A stretch of 64,000 bases of DNA from Takakia lepidozioides (Eukaryota; Plantae; Bryophyta): contig CM060732.1 in the NCBI GenBank assembly GCA_030704615.1, positions 55,428,001 through 55,492,000 on the forward strand, read 5' to 3'. Below, piece by piece: positions 1 to 12,790 of the stretch. A program made the position numbers and the translations under genes. The notes below the pieces were generated by a model, which saw nothing but the letters and a program-made list of their open reading frames with translations, ran no database searches and was not told where the DNA came from. Position 1 is the first letter of the stretch; every line of letters begins with the position of its first letter.

Positions 1-401
1 AACAGAGACTTCTAGTATAGCTAAGGGTGCATTGAAGCTTGAAAGAAACCCAGGCATATACGAGAGATATTACAGAAGAGAGTTTTGGTTATTGCCACAT
101 TAAAAGAAATGAAAGACATGGGACATGAGTGATGAAAGAGAAGCTAGACGACAGAGATATTCAGCAAAAAGAGAAAGCTATCTGAAAGCTAATTATCCAT
201 ATCTTTGGAGAGAGGAATAGACATAGGGGAAGCATCTGGACCTCTCACACCATCAAGATCAAAGAGTGCATCACCTATACCGGAAGAACTAGAGTTGGAT
301 GCCACTCCTTCTGTTTCTTTGCAAGAAAGATTAAGGGAATTGGTACAGGAAGAAGATCAATCACGAGGTGAAAGATCTGAGGTACATCCTGGATAAAAGA
401 C

Positions 402-2100
402 TTGACAGAAATCTTTGATAAGAGTTGGCATGGAACACCAAAAGCAGGAACTCCAGTTTCTGAAGCAGAAGATGAAGAAAGAGAAGAGGATGTGGCAGAG
501 CCAACGGAGAGTTCAGACTCTCCAACACCATTACAGTTGAGTTACATGAGTGAAGAAGAAACCCAAGGGCAGAACTTGGAGGATGAAAACAGAGAGAAGA
601 AATTAGAAGAGGAAAAATATGAAGAAGTAGACCCAACAGCTGAGGTTGAGACTACAACCAGGACATCCCAACCTGTTGGACCTGGATCAAGTGGAGCACT
701 TGGATCATAGGCCAACGAAGGTGTCGGCTCAGGGGGATCAGGCGGGCTGCCTGGATCTGGCTCTGGGGGGACAGGGAGTGTGGGAAGTAGTGCAACTGAA
801 GCTGGGAATACTGTGAATATCGTGGGGCCAGAAGCAAGGAGTGCTCAAGGGCCACCACTTGGTGGAAGATCCACCACAAAAAACAACAGGTCCAGAAGGA
901 CCAGCACCAGCAAGGGTGCCAGCACCTGTCAGTGGGCAGAAGGTAAGGCCAAGGATGGCGTTACAACCAACACGGGCAAAACCACCCTTTCCAATATATT
1001 CAGGAAAAGGGGATCCCGATGTACACATTAGCCAATTTGAGCACATGTGTATAGTGAACAATGAGAATGGCGATGATGCCAAGATGAGACTGTTTCCTTG
1101 TTCACTTATCAAGAAAGCAAGTGAATGGTACGCAAGATTCCCTGATAATCATTTCCTAACCTGGAATGGCTTGAATACAGCATTTCGAAATATGTTCAGG
1201 ACAAGTAAAACTGAGGATGAAGTGTATGGAAGTTTACAACAGCTGAAGCAGAAGAAGCATGAAACTGTTGAAGAGTATATGGAGAAGATGGAATTGATGA
1301 TGAAAAAGCTGGCTGCAGTACCAGCACCCGGTTTACAGAAGACTTGGTTTGTGAGTGGACTAAGACCAGAGTTGCAAAAGAAAGTGGATATGTTACCCCA
1401 CAACACAGTGGAGGAGGCATTTGAAACTGCGAACAGAATTGAGCAATTGGGAATGCTCAGGAGAGAAAAAAAAGAAGATGAGGACTCTGAGGATGAGTCA
1501 GAGAAGAAGAAGAGCAAGAACTAAAAAGAAAGAGTAAGAGAAAGGAGAAGTTGAAGAGGGATAACTATGAAAAAAAATTGGAAGAAATCTTGAAGAAGTA
1601 TGCCACAGAGGCTGCATTGGAGGAAGGGTGTATGGTGTGCAAAGTGCCAGAATGAAGGCCATACCACCACAGAATGTCACATGAAGGGAGAAACACTGTA
1701 CTATCTGTAAAATGGATAACCATTCTACTGAGAATTGTTACTACAACAGAAGGACAGCTGCAAGAGAACCTAGGCAAGTAAGGGTGCATCAGGTGCAGCC
1801 CCAGCAAGAAGAACAATGATCAGGACCACTATGGAAGGTCTGGTGGTTATAACAATGGCATGGAAGGGAGAGGTAATTCAAGAGGGAATTACCAAGGAAA
1901 TTCCAGAGGCAACTATCAGGGTAATCCAAGGGGGAATTACCAGCCCGGGAATCAGGATTATAGAAATAATCCAAGAACAGACCAAGGGCGAGGACCCAAT
2001 GGTGAAGAGCTATGTTACTATTGTAATCAGCCAGGACATCGCAAGGCAGCCTGTTCATTCTGGATAAGACACCAGAATGAGATGAGAGCTCCTGTGAATG
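402..2100 (+). pseudogene. Gypsy gag (frameshifted): retrotransposon gag domain plus three CCHC zinc knuckles
   Basis: ORF 841-1524 reads YSGKGDPDVHISQF...RLFPCSL...ASEWY...TWNGL. Knuckles CAKCQNEGHTTTEC (~1635-1676), CTICKMDNHSTENC (~1696-1737) and CYYCNQPGHRKAAC (~2013-2054). GNYQGNSR repeats lie between knuckles 2 and 3. Confidence 0.88.
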
Positions 2101-2404
2101 AGGGCCCAGTGGTGGCAGCTCACATGGTTAGGCCATGTGTTGTACCAGAAGTAAGTACAATGATAGTAACAAGAAGTAAAGCCAAACTAATACCTCCAGT
2201 AGAAGAGGAAGAAGATGAGACTGGAAGTGGCAATGATATGCCTGAAGATGAAGAGACTTGGAAAGATGAGAAGGAACTGCACAAGGAAGTGGCAGATACT
2301 ATAAGGGAAATGCAAAAGAGTACTGATATTCCTGTGGCAGATTCCTCTGATTCGGATGGAGAAAAAGAAGGGAGTGAGGAAGAAAGGAAAAAGAAGATGC
2401 AGAC

Positions 2405-5400
2405 ATGCAAAGTAATGAAGAGACTTTGGCTGCAGTAATATGTCAGACCAAAGCAGAAATTACCATTGGACAGCTATTAGCTGTGGCACCTTATTGTAGG
2501 CACAGGCTGTATCAAGCAATCAATCGAATTGCCCAAGAGACAGGAAACACAGACCTGAACAGCAAGGTGACCAGTTATAATGTGAAGCCGGAAGGGCGAG
2601 AACCAGTCATGGACTTTGATGATTCTATGCCAGTAATCCAATTGAGAATTGGAAGCACAGAACTAACTGATGTACTGATAGATGGTGGTTCTGGAGTAAA
2701 TATCATGACAGACCAATTAAGGAAGAAGCTTGGTCTAAGTAACATGAAACCAGCCCCATTTACAGTAACAATGGCAGATCAAAGAAGTGTACAGCCATTG
2801 GGATTAATAAGAGGAGTTAAGATACAGATACAGAAAATGATCTTTATGATCACAGTAACTGTATTAAAAATGGATGAAGTCATGGAGGCTTACTCCTTAT
2901 TATTGGGACGTCCGTGGCTGAAACAGGCCAGGGTATTCCATGACTGGAATTCTCAGTTACTAACCGTGCATAATGGGATACACGAGATACAAATTACCAC
3001 AAAGAAATCTAGTAGATTACCTGCTACAAGAAGACCTCGAGGAGTCAGAGAGTATGACTGGAGAGGAGGACTGGATGAGGAGCAGGAAGCTACCCTATTT
3101 GCTGCACACCCAGAGTGGGAGCAGGTTGCAGAGATGCGGCTGGAAAGCCTAAGTTGTTTGAGAGGTATCTGCTGTGGTGTAGTGACAGCAACACCAACTG
3201 AAGAGGAAACCAGCATTTACCCATCACATTTCTATGAAGAAAGAGAAGGAGAAATAGAAATCCTAGAAGAACCAGCCACTGTGAGCTTACAGGATGAAGT
3301 GGTGACTGGTTGGACAATCACAGCTGATGAGCAGGTGAGAGAAGTAAATGTGGGAACTCAGGAGAGAACCGAGGATGGTGAAAGTAGGAGCTGATTTGGA
3401 GCCGGAATTCTTCGAAGAAGCTAAAAGCTTGTTCATCAAATACAGAGATGTATTTGCTTGGAGCTATGAGGATCTAAAAGGGATACCACCTGAAGTCTGT
3501 CAGCATAAGATTGAACTGGAACCAGGGTCAGTACCAATCAAGCAGGCGAGGTATAGAATGAATCCCAACTACGCACAGAAGGTTGGAGAAGAGATAAAGA
3601 AGTTGGCTGAGGCTAAGTTTATATACCCAATAGAGTATACAACTTGGTTGTCACCCATTGTTATAGTTCCCAAGAAGAATGGCAAACTAAGAGTATGTGT
3701 GAACTATAAGAAGCTGAATGCTTGTACGAAGAAAGATCCTTTCCCTTTGCCATTCACAGAAGCAGTATTAGACACTGTGGCAGGCCATGAGATGTACTCA
3801 TTCATGGATGGCTTCAGTGGTTATAATCAAGTGCAAGTGGCAGAAGAAGACCAAGGGAAAACAGCTTTCATCACAGACTGGGGGGCTTATGCATACAAAG
3901 TCATGCCCTTTGGACTTTGTAATGCACCAGCGACCTTTCAGAGAGTGATAAGTGAATCTTTTCATGAGTATCTGGATGATTTCATGCAGGTATTCTTGGA
4001 TGATTTCAGTGTGTACAGCTCTAAGAGTGAGCACTTGCATAAATTGGAGTTATGTTTGGCCAGATGCAGGATGAGAGGTCTGGGCCTGAATCCAGAGAAG
4101 TGTACTTTCTGTGTGAACTCAGGGGTGCTTCTGGGACACATTGTGTGTAAGAAGGGACTCCTTGTGGATCCCAGAAGACAGAGTCCATTAAAGCCTCTCC
4201 ACCACCAGTGAATGTTAAAAGTCTAAGGAGATTCCTTGGGCAAACCAGTTATTACAGAAGATTTGTCAAAAGGTATGCACAAATAGCAGCACCATTGAGC
4301 AAGCTTCTGAAGAAAGATGCAGTGTTTGCCTGGACAGCTGAATGTCAACAGGCGTTTGAGGAACTTACACTGTCAGTAACAACTACACCTGTGCTGATTA
4401 ACCCTCACTGGCATGTAGTATTTCATGTTCACTGCGATGCATCAGGAGAAGCGTTGGGAGCGGTGTTAGCCCAGAATGTTACAGGGAATATAGATTCACC
4501 TGTGTACTATGCTAGCCGGTTGATGAACAGTGCTGAGAGGAACTATAGCACAACGGAAAGAGAAGCATTGGCAATGATTTATGCAGTCAAGAAATTCAGG
4601 CATTACCTATTGGGAAGAAAGTTTATGTTTTATGTGGATCACCAGGCTCTGATATATCTGGTGAACAAACCTTTGATAAGTGGAAGGATAGCGAGGTGGT
4701 TAATAATCTTGCATGAGTTTGAGTTCGAGGTTATTTACAAGCCTGGCCGTTTGCATCTTGTGGCAGATCATTTGTCACGACTAACAACAGGAGAGGCCGC
4801 CACAGGAGTGGACGATCAGTTACCTGATGCGAGTTTATTTGTAATGGAGGTGCAAGGAAGTGCAGATGAATGGTTAGATTGGCAGTGGCCAATCAGATAC
4901 TACCTTGCTCATGGTCAGTGCCCACCTAGTTATGGTAAGGAGCAGAGGAAGAGAATCGCTATCAAAGCTTTACCTTATACTATGGTAGGAAGCAGAATGT
5001 ATAAGTTAGGACCTGATGGAGTACTAAAACGATGCTTGTACCACCATGAAGTAAATAAAGTTTTGGCGGAAGTTCATAAAGGAGTGGCTGGAGGTCATTT
5101 TGGAGAAGAGACTACCAGTAGAAAGATACTACTCGCAGGATACTGGTGGCCTACTTTGTTCAAAGATGTACACGAGTATTGTCAGAAGTGTGATGAATGT
5201 CAGAGGCTAGGACCTTTGCAGAGATCTGGAAGGATGGCCTTGCATCCTACAATGCCTACGGAACCATTTCAGAAATGGGGACTAGACTTTGTTGGACCAA
5301 TTAATCCACCATCCAAGAATACACGAAACAGGTACATAATTACAGCCACTGATTATACTACAAAGTGGGTGGAAGCTAAAGCTTTGAGGGACAACACAGC

Positions 5401-6650
5401 CAAGTCCACAGCAAGGTTCCTGTACGAGAACATACTTACACGATTTGGCTGTCCCTTAGAATTTATCAGTGATCAAGGAAGTCACTTCATGAATGAGACC
5501 ATTGAGTTGTTGACTAAAGAGTTTATGATTGTGCATAGAAAGAGTACAACATATTACCCACAGGGTAATGGGCAGGCAGAGGCTACCAACAAAATACTAT
5601 GTACTATCTTGGCTAAGATAGTCAATGCAAACAGAACGGATTGGGATACAAAGCTGCTGACAGCTTTGGTCATACAGGACTTCATATAAAGTCACCACTA
5701 AGTATACACCATTCCAATTAGTTTATGGTATGGAAGCCTTACTTCCAGTGGAATTCCTGTTACCTACCATGAGAACGGAGTGGGGAAAAAGAATGGAATT
5801 GCAAGACTCCATCAAGGTCAGGAAACATGAATTATACCATGTGGAAGAAGTACGTGCTGATGCAGCTGATAATATGACCAGAATTCAGATGAAGCGAAAG
5901 GAACAGTTTGATGAAGGCAAGTTAAAGACTTTTAAGACGGGGGATTTGGTTCTATGGTTGCAGAAGAAAGGAAAGATTCAAGCTTCTAAGCTTAAATCAC
6001 CATGGAAAGGACCTTATGTCATACAAAAGATGTATGATAACAACACCGCCATGTTACAAACCATTAACAAAGAAATGCTGGGAAGAGTCAATGCAAATAA
6101 GTTGAAGGGGTACAGTGGTATCCATGACAAACCCCTGCAGCATGATTTGCATGTAGAACCGCAAGAGCAGTCACGGGCTGCACCAGTGTTACGAACGGAG
6201 TATGGAACACTTGTCGCTAGGCCCAGCATATATGACCAGGGTGGGCAAAACAAACGTGACACAGCCTATCACAGCCCATCAAGGCGCAACACAGCCTATC
6301 ACAGCCCATCACGACGTGACACAGCCTATCACAGCCCATCACAGCGTGACACAGCCTATCACAGCCCAGCAAGGCGCAACACAGCCTATCACAGCCCATC
6401 ACGGCGTGACACAGCCTATCACAGCCCAGCACGGCGCAACACAGCCTATCACAACCTACCGCAGCGTGTCACAGCCTATCACAGCTTACCACAGTGCAAC
6501 ACAACCTATCACAACCTACCGCAGCGTGTCACAGCCTATCACAGCGTAACACAGTATGACACAGCCTGTCACAGCTCAACACAGCCTACTAAAGTTACAC
6601 GATCCATAGAATCAGTGACAAGTGGACACATAATTCAGGAAAATGGCTGA
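2405..6650 (+). pseudogene. Gypsy pol (protease, RT, RNase H, integrase), broken by about 3 frameshifts
   Basis: Protease LIDGGSGVN; RT ...MPFGLCNAPATFQR...FLDD; RNase H HCDASG...NYSTTERE...VDHQAL...ADHLSR; integrase HxxxxxGH/CxxC, WGLDF, SDQG, NGQAE; WKGPY. Confidence 0.95.
6255..6590 (+). repeat. Tandem array of ~11 x 30-bp units built from 10-bp ACAGC-type subunits; in frame with the integrase C-terminus (DTAYHSPSRR repeats)
   Basis: acagcctatc/acagcccatc/aaggcgcaac-type decamers repeat with exact 10-bp and 30-bp periodicity. Confidence 0.95.
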
Positions 6651-7273
6651 AGGAAGAAGAAACGGAAATTACTTTAAAAATAGACACGTGGAGGTCAGGG
6701 CGCGACACACAGCCGAGAATGAAGTGCAAGGACAGGTGTCAAAAAGAAAGAGGACAAGAACGGCCGTCAAAAGGGATGAAAGGCGGGCCCATTAATGAGT
6801 ACGGAAAAAGGGAAACGGAACGAACGGCAAGTACAGAAAAGCCGAATTCTTGTCACATGTGTGATCCTAGTGGACTATCCAAGAGGGAAAGTCCACTAAA
6901 GAAGATAAAATCTAAAATCCAGTCACAGCGGATACAGCCAATAGAAAACCAGAGAAAGGATCAAGAAAATGGAGGGAAATTGAGCGCAAGAGGCGGCGTC
7001 GTTCTGAGTAACGGGCGTCTCGACAGGACAGGCCATAAATGCTATAACTTGGAAACTATGGAGGAACTAACAGACTATACGCTCGCAATATTACTTACGC
7101 AGTGGCATAGACACGAAAGGACAGAGCAGAGCTTTTCTCTTGAGCAATGCTTGCAAGCCCCGCAGGCTTACAAGAAATTACCCATAGCTTTCTGCGGCAA
7201 CCATACGTTTATGCTTTGTGCACTACAGGCATTCCTGCAGTTGTTACAGCCAAAGCAGTTCTGTGAGTCTAAA

Positions 7274-10200
7274 ATGAAGAGAGTGAGAGGAATGGAGGAA
7301 ATCAGGGTGAAGAGCACCACAATTCTGCAGAAACAAACGATGGCTACCCCACAGGCGATAAAGATACTGGAGGAGCTGAGATTGCAAGGATTGCAAAGCC
7401 TAGATTGGACACTACACCATAGACAGTACATGTTACAATTTTTGCAGAACTTTGAGCCAAGGACAGGAACAACAACGGTGAAGGGAGTTGAATTAATGAT
7501 TACTCCCCTATACCTCCAGCAATTGTTTCGATTGCCAGCAGGTCAGGTGCATGTGGAGGAACACAGGGCAAGACTGCAAATAGGGGACTTATTCCAAGAA
7601 GGGAGTTTCTTTAAAACTCAGGGTTATGCTTGTACCAAAGCTGTGTACCCAGGGTTAAAAGAGATAGGCCAGGTATTGAACGTTCTGATTGCCCTGAAAC
7701 AGAACCAACAATATTTGAGCAGATCCTTCACAGAGGAAATACTCAAAGGCCTGAAGGGACAAGAGGTACAATGGGCGGACATAATGTACAACGCACTAGT
7801 AGAGGAGATGAAAAGATTACAAGGTACTACCGCAAAGTCTCCTATCATAGTGTCTGGCCCAATCATTGCTCAAATAATCCTTAATTCTGGCATACTTAAT
7901 GCACAAGAAAGGAAGGAAATGGGAGTGTTTGAGCCAGAAACAACTGCAATGGAAGAGCAAGGCTCTTCACACAGTGAGGGTGGACTAGCAGCACAACCCG
8001 AGACTAAGAGGCAGAGAAGGGGAAAGACTGTAGTGGCGGATCCACTGGCTTCACGGATTCCGCATGATAATGTTTCCCAAGCTCATGGCCAGGAAGGGGC
8101 ACAGCAGCACAGAGAAATGCTATTACTGGAAGCAGGACCTTCAGAGAGGGAGGAGGAAGTTACTTCTGCATCACAACCATCACAGCCACTTGAACGACTT
8201 GTCACAAGGTCACAAGTTATCCATGCAGCTCAACCCGAAATAATTGATTTGGAAAGTGAAGGGATAGATATTCCAACTACAGAACAGATAGTGGCAGAAA
8301 TAGAGAAAGGGGACCTTCTCTATGAATATTCTGGTCTGGTCAAGGAGACAGAAATCCCAGAGGTGCAACAGTTGCCCAAGGGAAATCCTGAGGTGCATAT
8401 AATACACACACCTGTGTCGGAGGTACCACAGGCGGAAGGTCATGACACTGTAGCACCGGTGATAGATGAAGTAGTTCAGGAAGAAAATCCGGTGGGACAA
8501 TGGCCTGAATGGTTAGTGAGACATCATACTGTTGAAGATCAGGAGGAACAGCAGCAACCTCACCATGATGACCCTCAACAGGCAATGCTGATGAGTTCCA
8601 TAGGCAGGACACTTAATTTGTTGGGGACTTATGTCAAATCCCATGTTCCAATTACCCAATTGACAGCCTTGAAAGAGGAACTCAGGAAGGAGTTTGAGGC
8701 TCGACTTGCCACTGAGTGTGCAAACAAGGTCGATGAAGAGGTCACTCTCAAGATGAAGCAGGACTTGGCCAATACAGAAATGGCTTTGCAATTGGCCAAG
8801 CAACAATTGATTGAGGCAGGCCTCGCGCAAGACCAGTTGCACGAAGCACATAAGCAACAGCTATACCAAATGCAGGTGCAGCATGAAAGCAAGTTGCAAG
8901 AACTGAATGCACTACATACGGAGTTGCAGACAGTGCATAACAGGATGGCGATACAATGTGCTACATTTACAACTATGCTTGACCAATCAACAAAAGAAAT
9001 AAACAGTCAAGCGGAAAAATGTACGAAGGCAGAAGAAGAGAATGTTGAGCAAATGAAGCTCATTGTCGATATGAAGAATACAATCTGTCGCAATGAAGAT
9101 ACTTTCAAGCAATACAGGCAGATGGAAGCTGATCAAGAGAAACACATCGTGGAGTTGCAACAAACCATCATGGCCAATAGAAATGAAATCGCGGTCAAGT
9201 AACAAGGCTTGGAAGGAAGCCAATAATCTACTTGCTGCTTATGCGCAATTGGTTGAGCCACAGGCGAAGCGCATGGAGGCTTTACAACAGCAGTTGGAAT
9301 TGTACAAGCTAAGAGAGGAGCAAACTCTCAGGGGAACCACAAGCAGCTTGGTGGATAACAGCCTTATGCAGGTCTGGTTAGCACAAGGGCCAGTAGAGGG
9401 CAAAGCCCCACGGAAGCTCACCCAAAGCGAGATGAATGAGCTCAGGCTGCAGGTGCAGAACATTGCCACAACTACTATAGACAATGTCTATAGTAGGATA
9501 GCAGAGTTACAAGAGGATGTAGACGGACTCCAGACTCAAGTGGAAGACCTCACTTCAAACATCGACCAAAGAGTCTATATCCCTCAGGAACAGCTAATGG
9601 CTTCTTATTTACAAGCCAGAACTTTGGCTTTTCAGTCTTCACAGGAGGTGCAGGAGATGCCAATGATACAGGAGCCAGTACCACCACCACCACAACAGGT
9701 CAGTGTACCAGTAGCTGAACCTGTGGTTACTACAACCACACCACAGCCACCACAGCCGGAGGTATGGGGCAATGCCGCTTTTAACCCACCTAAAACTCCA
9801 GCTGCAAGGGAGTACAGCAGGGCTATGCTTATGCCCTTCAACCAAATTCCCATCATGTTGGATTTGGCTTGGAAAGAATTTAGTCCTCCGCAGTCATTCG
9901 CACATTACTACCAAATCATGCGTATTTGGCTGCCAGTGGCAACTAGGACTAAAGTTCTTCCAAACAATCGACATATTGAAGATCATCACTTTGCACAATA
10001 CTGGCACGAGGCAGGTACCATGTTGAGGGAATTGGTTGCTTTCCAGTTGTACATGGACTCATTTATACCAAGACCAAGGAGATAGCAAGTATTGTCATGG
10101 GGTGCGGGCTATACTACGCTGCTTGTTTTCTGGTACGTTACCACATTGAGCAACAAAAGATGCAAACACGCTTTCAAAGTTATTCCAGTGGAGATCATTG

Positions 10201-10825
10201 GGTATTACCTTCAGTGCCACCTCATATGTACCTATATGACCCAAAAGTTATGATGCAAAAGGATTCTCAAATTCGTTCATGGTTTCAAGCAGCCTGCAAC
10301 CATTTGTCAACACAGAAATTCGGACTTGATGACATTTTCTATAAGGGACATGTGGCATGGAAGTACTTGCACGCTGCACCAGTAATTGGTACCCCACTCA
10401 CCTGGACAGACAAGGAGCTCAGTGTCTACACCAATTTTGCTGTTCAGCGGTTACACCAAGTTGTAAAATGCAAACTTCCAGACATGGTAGGACAGCATTG
10501 TATGCCCCAGATGATTCCACAAAAGGTTCGAAAATTAAAACATCTGAGAGGTGATGAGGATTCTGATACAACTGTTTCTTCACAGAATTCTTTTGACATG
10601 GGAGAAGACTATGCAATTCAGATGGCAGAAAAGAAGCGACGGGGGTCTCCTATGCCGGAAAGGTTACCTCGATATCAGCCTCCAGAGGGCCTCACTTATC
10701 CAGGTAGTGATCAACCATCTCCGTCAACCAGAGACAGACCTCGGGCTCGTACACACAGTCCGCCACGAAACTCTCAACGTCAACAAGGTGCTCACTCACA
10801 AAGGTTTGCTACTCGGAAACAGTAA
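7274..10825 (+). pseudogene. Additional retrotransposon ORF (~1180 aa when two frameshifts are bridged): Athila-ORF1/plant-mobile-domain-like N-terminus, acidic linker, long coiled coil, unknown C-terminal globular domain
   Basis: Overlapping or abutting ORFs 6719-9202, 9093-10085 and 10097-10825. Motif LQFLQNF...TVKGVELMITP..LQQLFRLP; heptad-rich Q/E/L segment ~8650-9560; ends about 20 bp before the PPT. Confidence 0.8.
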
Positions 10826-10846
10826 ACCGTGAGGACACGACTTTTT

Positions 10847-10860
10847 GAGGGGGGAAGGGG
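10847..10860 (+). promoter_or_regulatory. Polypurine tract of the Gypsy element
   Basis: GAGGGGGGAAGGGG followed by TAA and then TGTTAG. Confidence 0.88.
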
Positions 10861-10863
10861 TAA

Positions 10864-11755
10864 TGTTAGAGGACTGTAGGGGACTTAGACACTTATACGG
10901 GATCTGTAGGGTACCCTTAATTTTTGCACAGACTGAGACCAACAGGAGCCTTAGGGGTGACAGCAGCGCACTATAGAGGGGGGTTACACAGCCAACACAT
11001 ACGTCACAGTCGTCACAACCGACACAGCCAACACAGCCCGTCACAGTCGTCACAGCCGACACAGCCAACACAGCCCGTCACAGCAGTCACAGCCCGACAC
11101 AGCCAACACAGCCCGTCACAGTCGTCACAGCCGACACAGCCAACACAGCCCGTCACAGCAGTCACAGCCCGACACAGCCAAACACAGTCGCACAGCCAGT
11201 CACAGCCCGTCACAGTTTCACACAGCCAGTCACAGCTTGACACAGCGGTCACATCATAGGGAACGAAGAGTAGGACAGGGAACGACTGTGGGGAACAACA
11301 CCTGCGAAGGGAACATGTTAGTTCACAGACGACGGTTAGCGAGGGAAACGGTTAGAACCGCGGAGAGGAAGATAAAGGGAGAAACGGAGAGATGAGGATT
11401 ATTATTCGGAGGAGGACTTCTTAGTCAGGCTGGAGCGGAGATCGGAAGCAAAAGATGGAGAGCACGGTGAAGAAAGAAAGAGGATTAGTAGATGCTTGTT
11501 ATATGCAAAGCTGTAGTGATATTGTTGAGCAGATTAGAGACATAATGGCTTCGGCCTGATACCTGATAAATCATAATCTGATACTTACATGATACAATCA
11601 CACTGTGTAGAGAGATCTGAGTGAAGCTGTGGATTGAATGGATGAGTGAAGGAAACCGATAGATTGATGAAGCAAACTGATACTTAATTATCAATGGTAA
11701 GGTAGCTAAGATGAATGCGAAAAGGGAAACAAATAGGAAACACCCCCATGATACA
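10864..11755 (+). repeat. 3' LTR of the Gypsy element (~890 bp)
   Basis: Starts TGTTAG 3 bp after the PPT; TATA-like sequence at ~11500; probable end ...TGATACA where composition changes. The end cannot be verified without the 5' LTR. Confidence 0.7.
10986..11253 (+). repeat. Array of ~25-28 CACAG-containing 9-10 bp units inside the LTR
   Basis: gtcacagcc/gacacagcc/aacacagcc units. Confidence 0.95.
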
Positions 11756-11949
11756 CTAGCTGTAGGTCATGACTGATTGTTCTGCGCGGGCTGAGTACTT
11801 AGAGATTTCCAACTCTTCTATCTTGGAGTTTCCGCCTCGGATAGCGAAGGGATGGGTGAGTAAAAGCCGCGCGACAGAAGGCGCAAGAACAAAAGTTTTA
11901 CAAGAGACAACAAAAAAAATGCATGCCGAGTGTCAGAAAGGCGCACATC

Positions 11950-12790
11950 ATATATTCGGAAGAGATACGTGGCGTAATCAGATGTGCAATCTTCTCAATG
12001 ATAAGATGGACGTCATCGTTGAGGCACGGGTTGTGGCCTATCTACCTTACGAAGTTATTCTCGGTGAAAACCTTGGGGATGAGCATGTTGGTGTCATTAT
12101 TACAGCTGTCTATGGGTCAGCTTAGGATATGCTAATGACCATTATGAAATGGCGGCTTACACATACAAAACTTTGAGACGGCCGAAAACTATCAGAGTTG
12201 CTCACAAAGTTTTATAAAGAGTACGAGTCAGACACGGAGGATGACCACCTCGAAGGAGTTAAGAAATCGTAATATAAATATTTGAAACAAGTTCAAAACG
12301 GAGATGAGAACTCCAAAGGAAAGAAATGGATCCGACTCTTAAATTCGGAGTCAATTCAAGCAGTAAGCTCTGTGCACTTCAGCTGGGAAAAAACTAAGGC
12401 TATCTAGAGTAAGTTCTTGGCATCTTCTTTTGATGCAAAGAGAGAGTTAGGGTTTGACATCCCACGACGACTACACCGACTACCAGGTTGTGGTCGTCAT
12501 GCCTACCTTACATTGCGTGGTGGACAATCAATAGGATCGGAAGGTCAACGTACCATGGATACAAGAGGAAGAGTAATGATGGATACATCTCGTCAATGCA
12601 TGGAACAGAGGAATGAAGAAACCCCGAGCAAAAACCCTGCAGGCCGAGGCGAATTTGTTATTGCTAATTTACAGAAACAGTGACCTCATGCCTCATAAAA
12701 TGAGAGGTATCAGAGAAGGAAGGCAAGATGTTCTGAAGTTGCTGCCGGTGGAGATGAATTGGAAGGAGCTTAACTGATTGTCCAATGAGG
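11950..12790 (+). mobile_element. Degenerate coding relic, possibly a DNA-transposon protein, directly flanking the Gypsy LTR
   Basis: Interrupted protein-like frames (VVAYLPYEVILGENLGDEHVGV; MPHKMRGI...KLLPVEMNWKEL). The family could not be identified reliably. Confidence 0.3.

Larger units (their letters stand above)
1..11755 (+). mobile_element. Ty3/Gypsy LTR retrotransposon, non-chromovirus (Athila/Tat-related), 5' end outside the window
   Basis: Domain order gag-PR-RT-RH-INT with GPY motif and no chromodomain; extra ORF; polypurine tract followed by a TG-starting LTR. The right boundary (...GATACA 11755) is inferred because the 5' LTR is not in the window. Confidence 0.93.

Noticed and set aside
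6255-6590. CRISPR-like repeat-spacer array
   Set aside because: Units are contiguous variants of one decamer with no unique spacers; no cas genes; eukaryotic retroelement context.
6719-7273. N-terminal 185 aa of the 827-aa ORF as real protein
   Set aside because: Purine-rich, promoter/spacer-like composition; domain-like sequence only starts near ATG 7274/7340. Probably a chance upstream extension.
7274-10825. True retroviral env gene
   Set aside because: No signal peptide or clear fusion-protein layout; only one modest hydrophobic stretch (~10085-10140).
10796-11259. Cys/Val- or Ser/Gln/Thr-rich repeat proteins
   Set aside because: Translations of the non-coding LTR tandem array.
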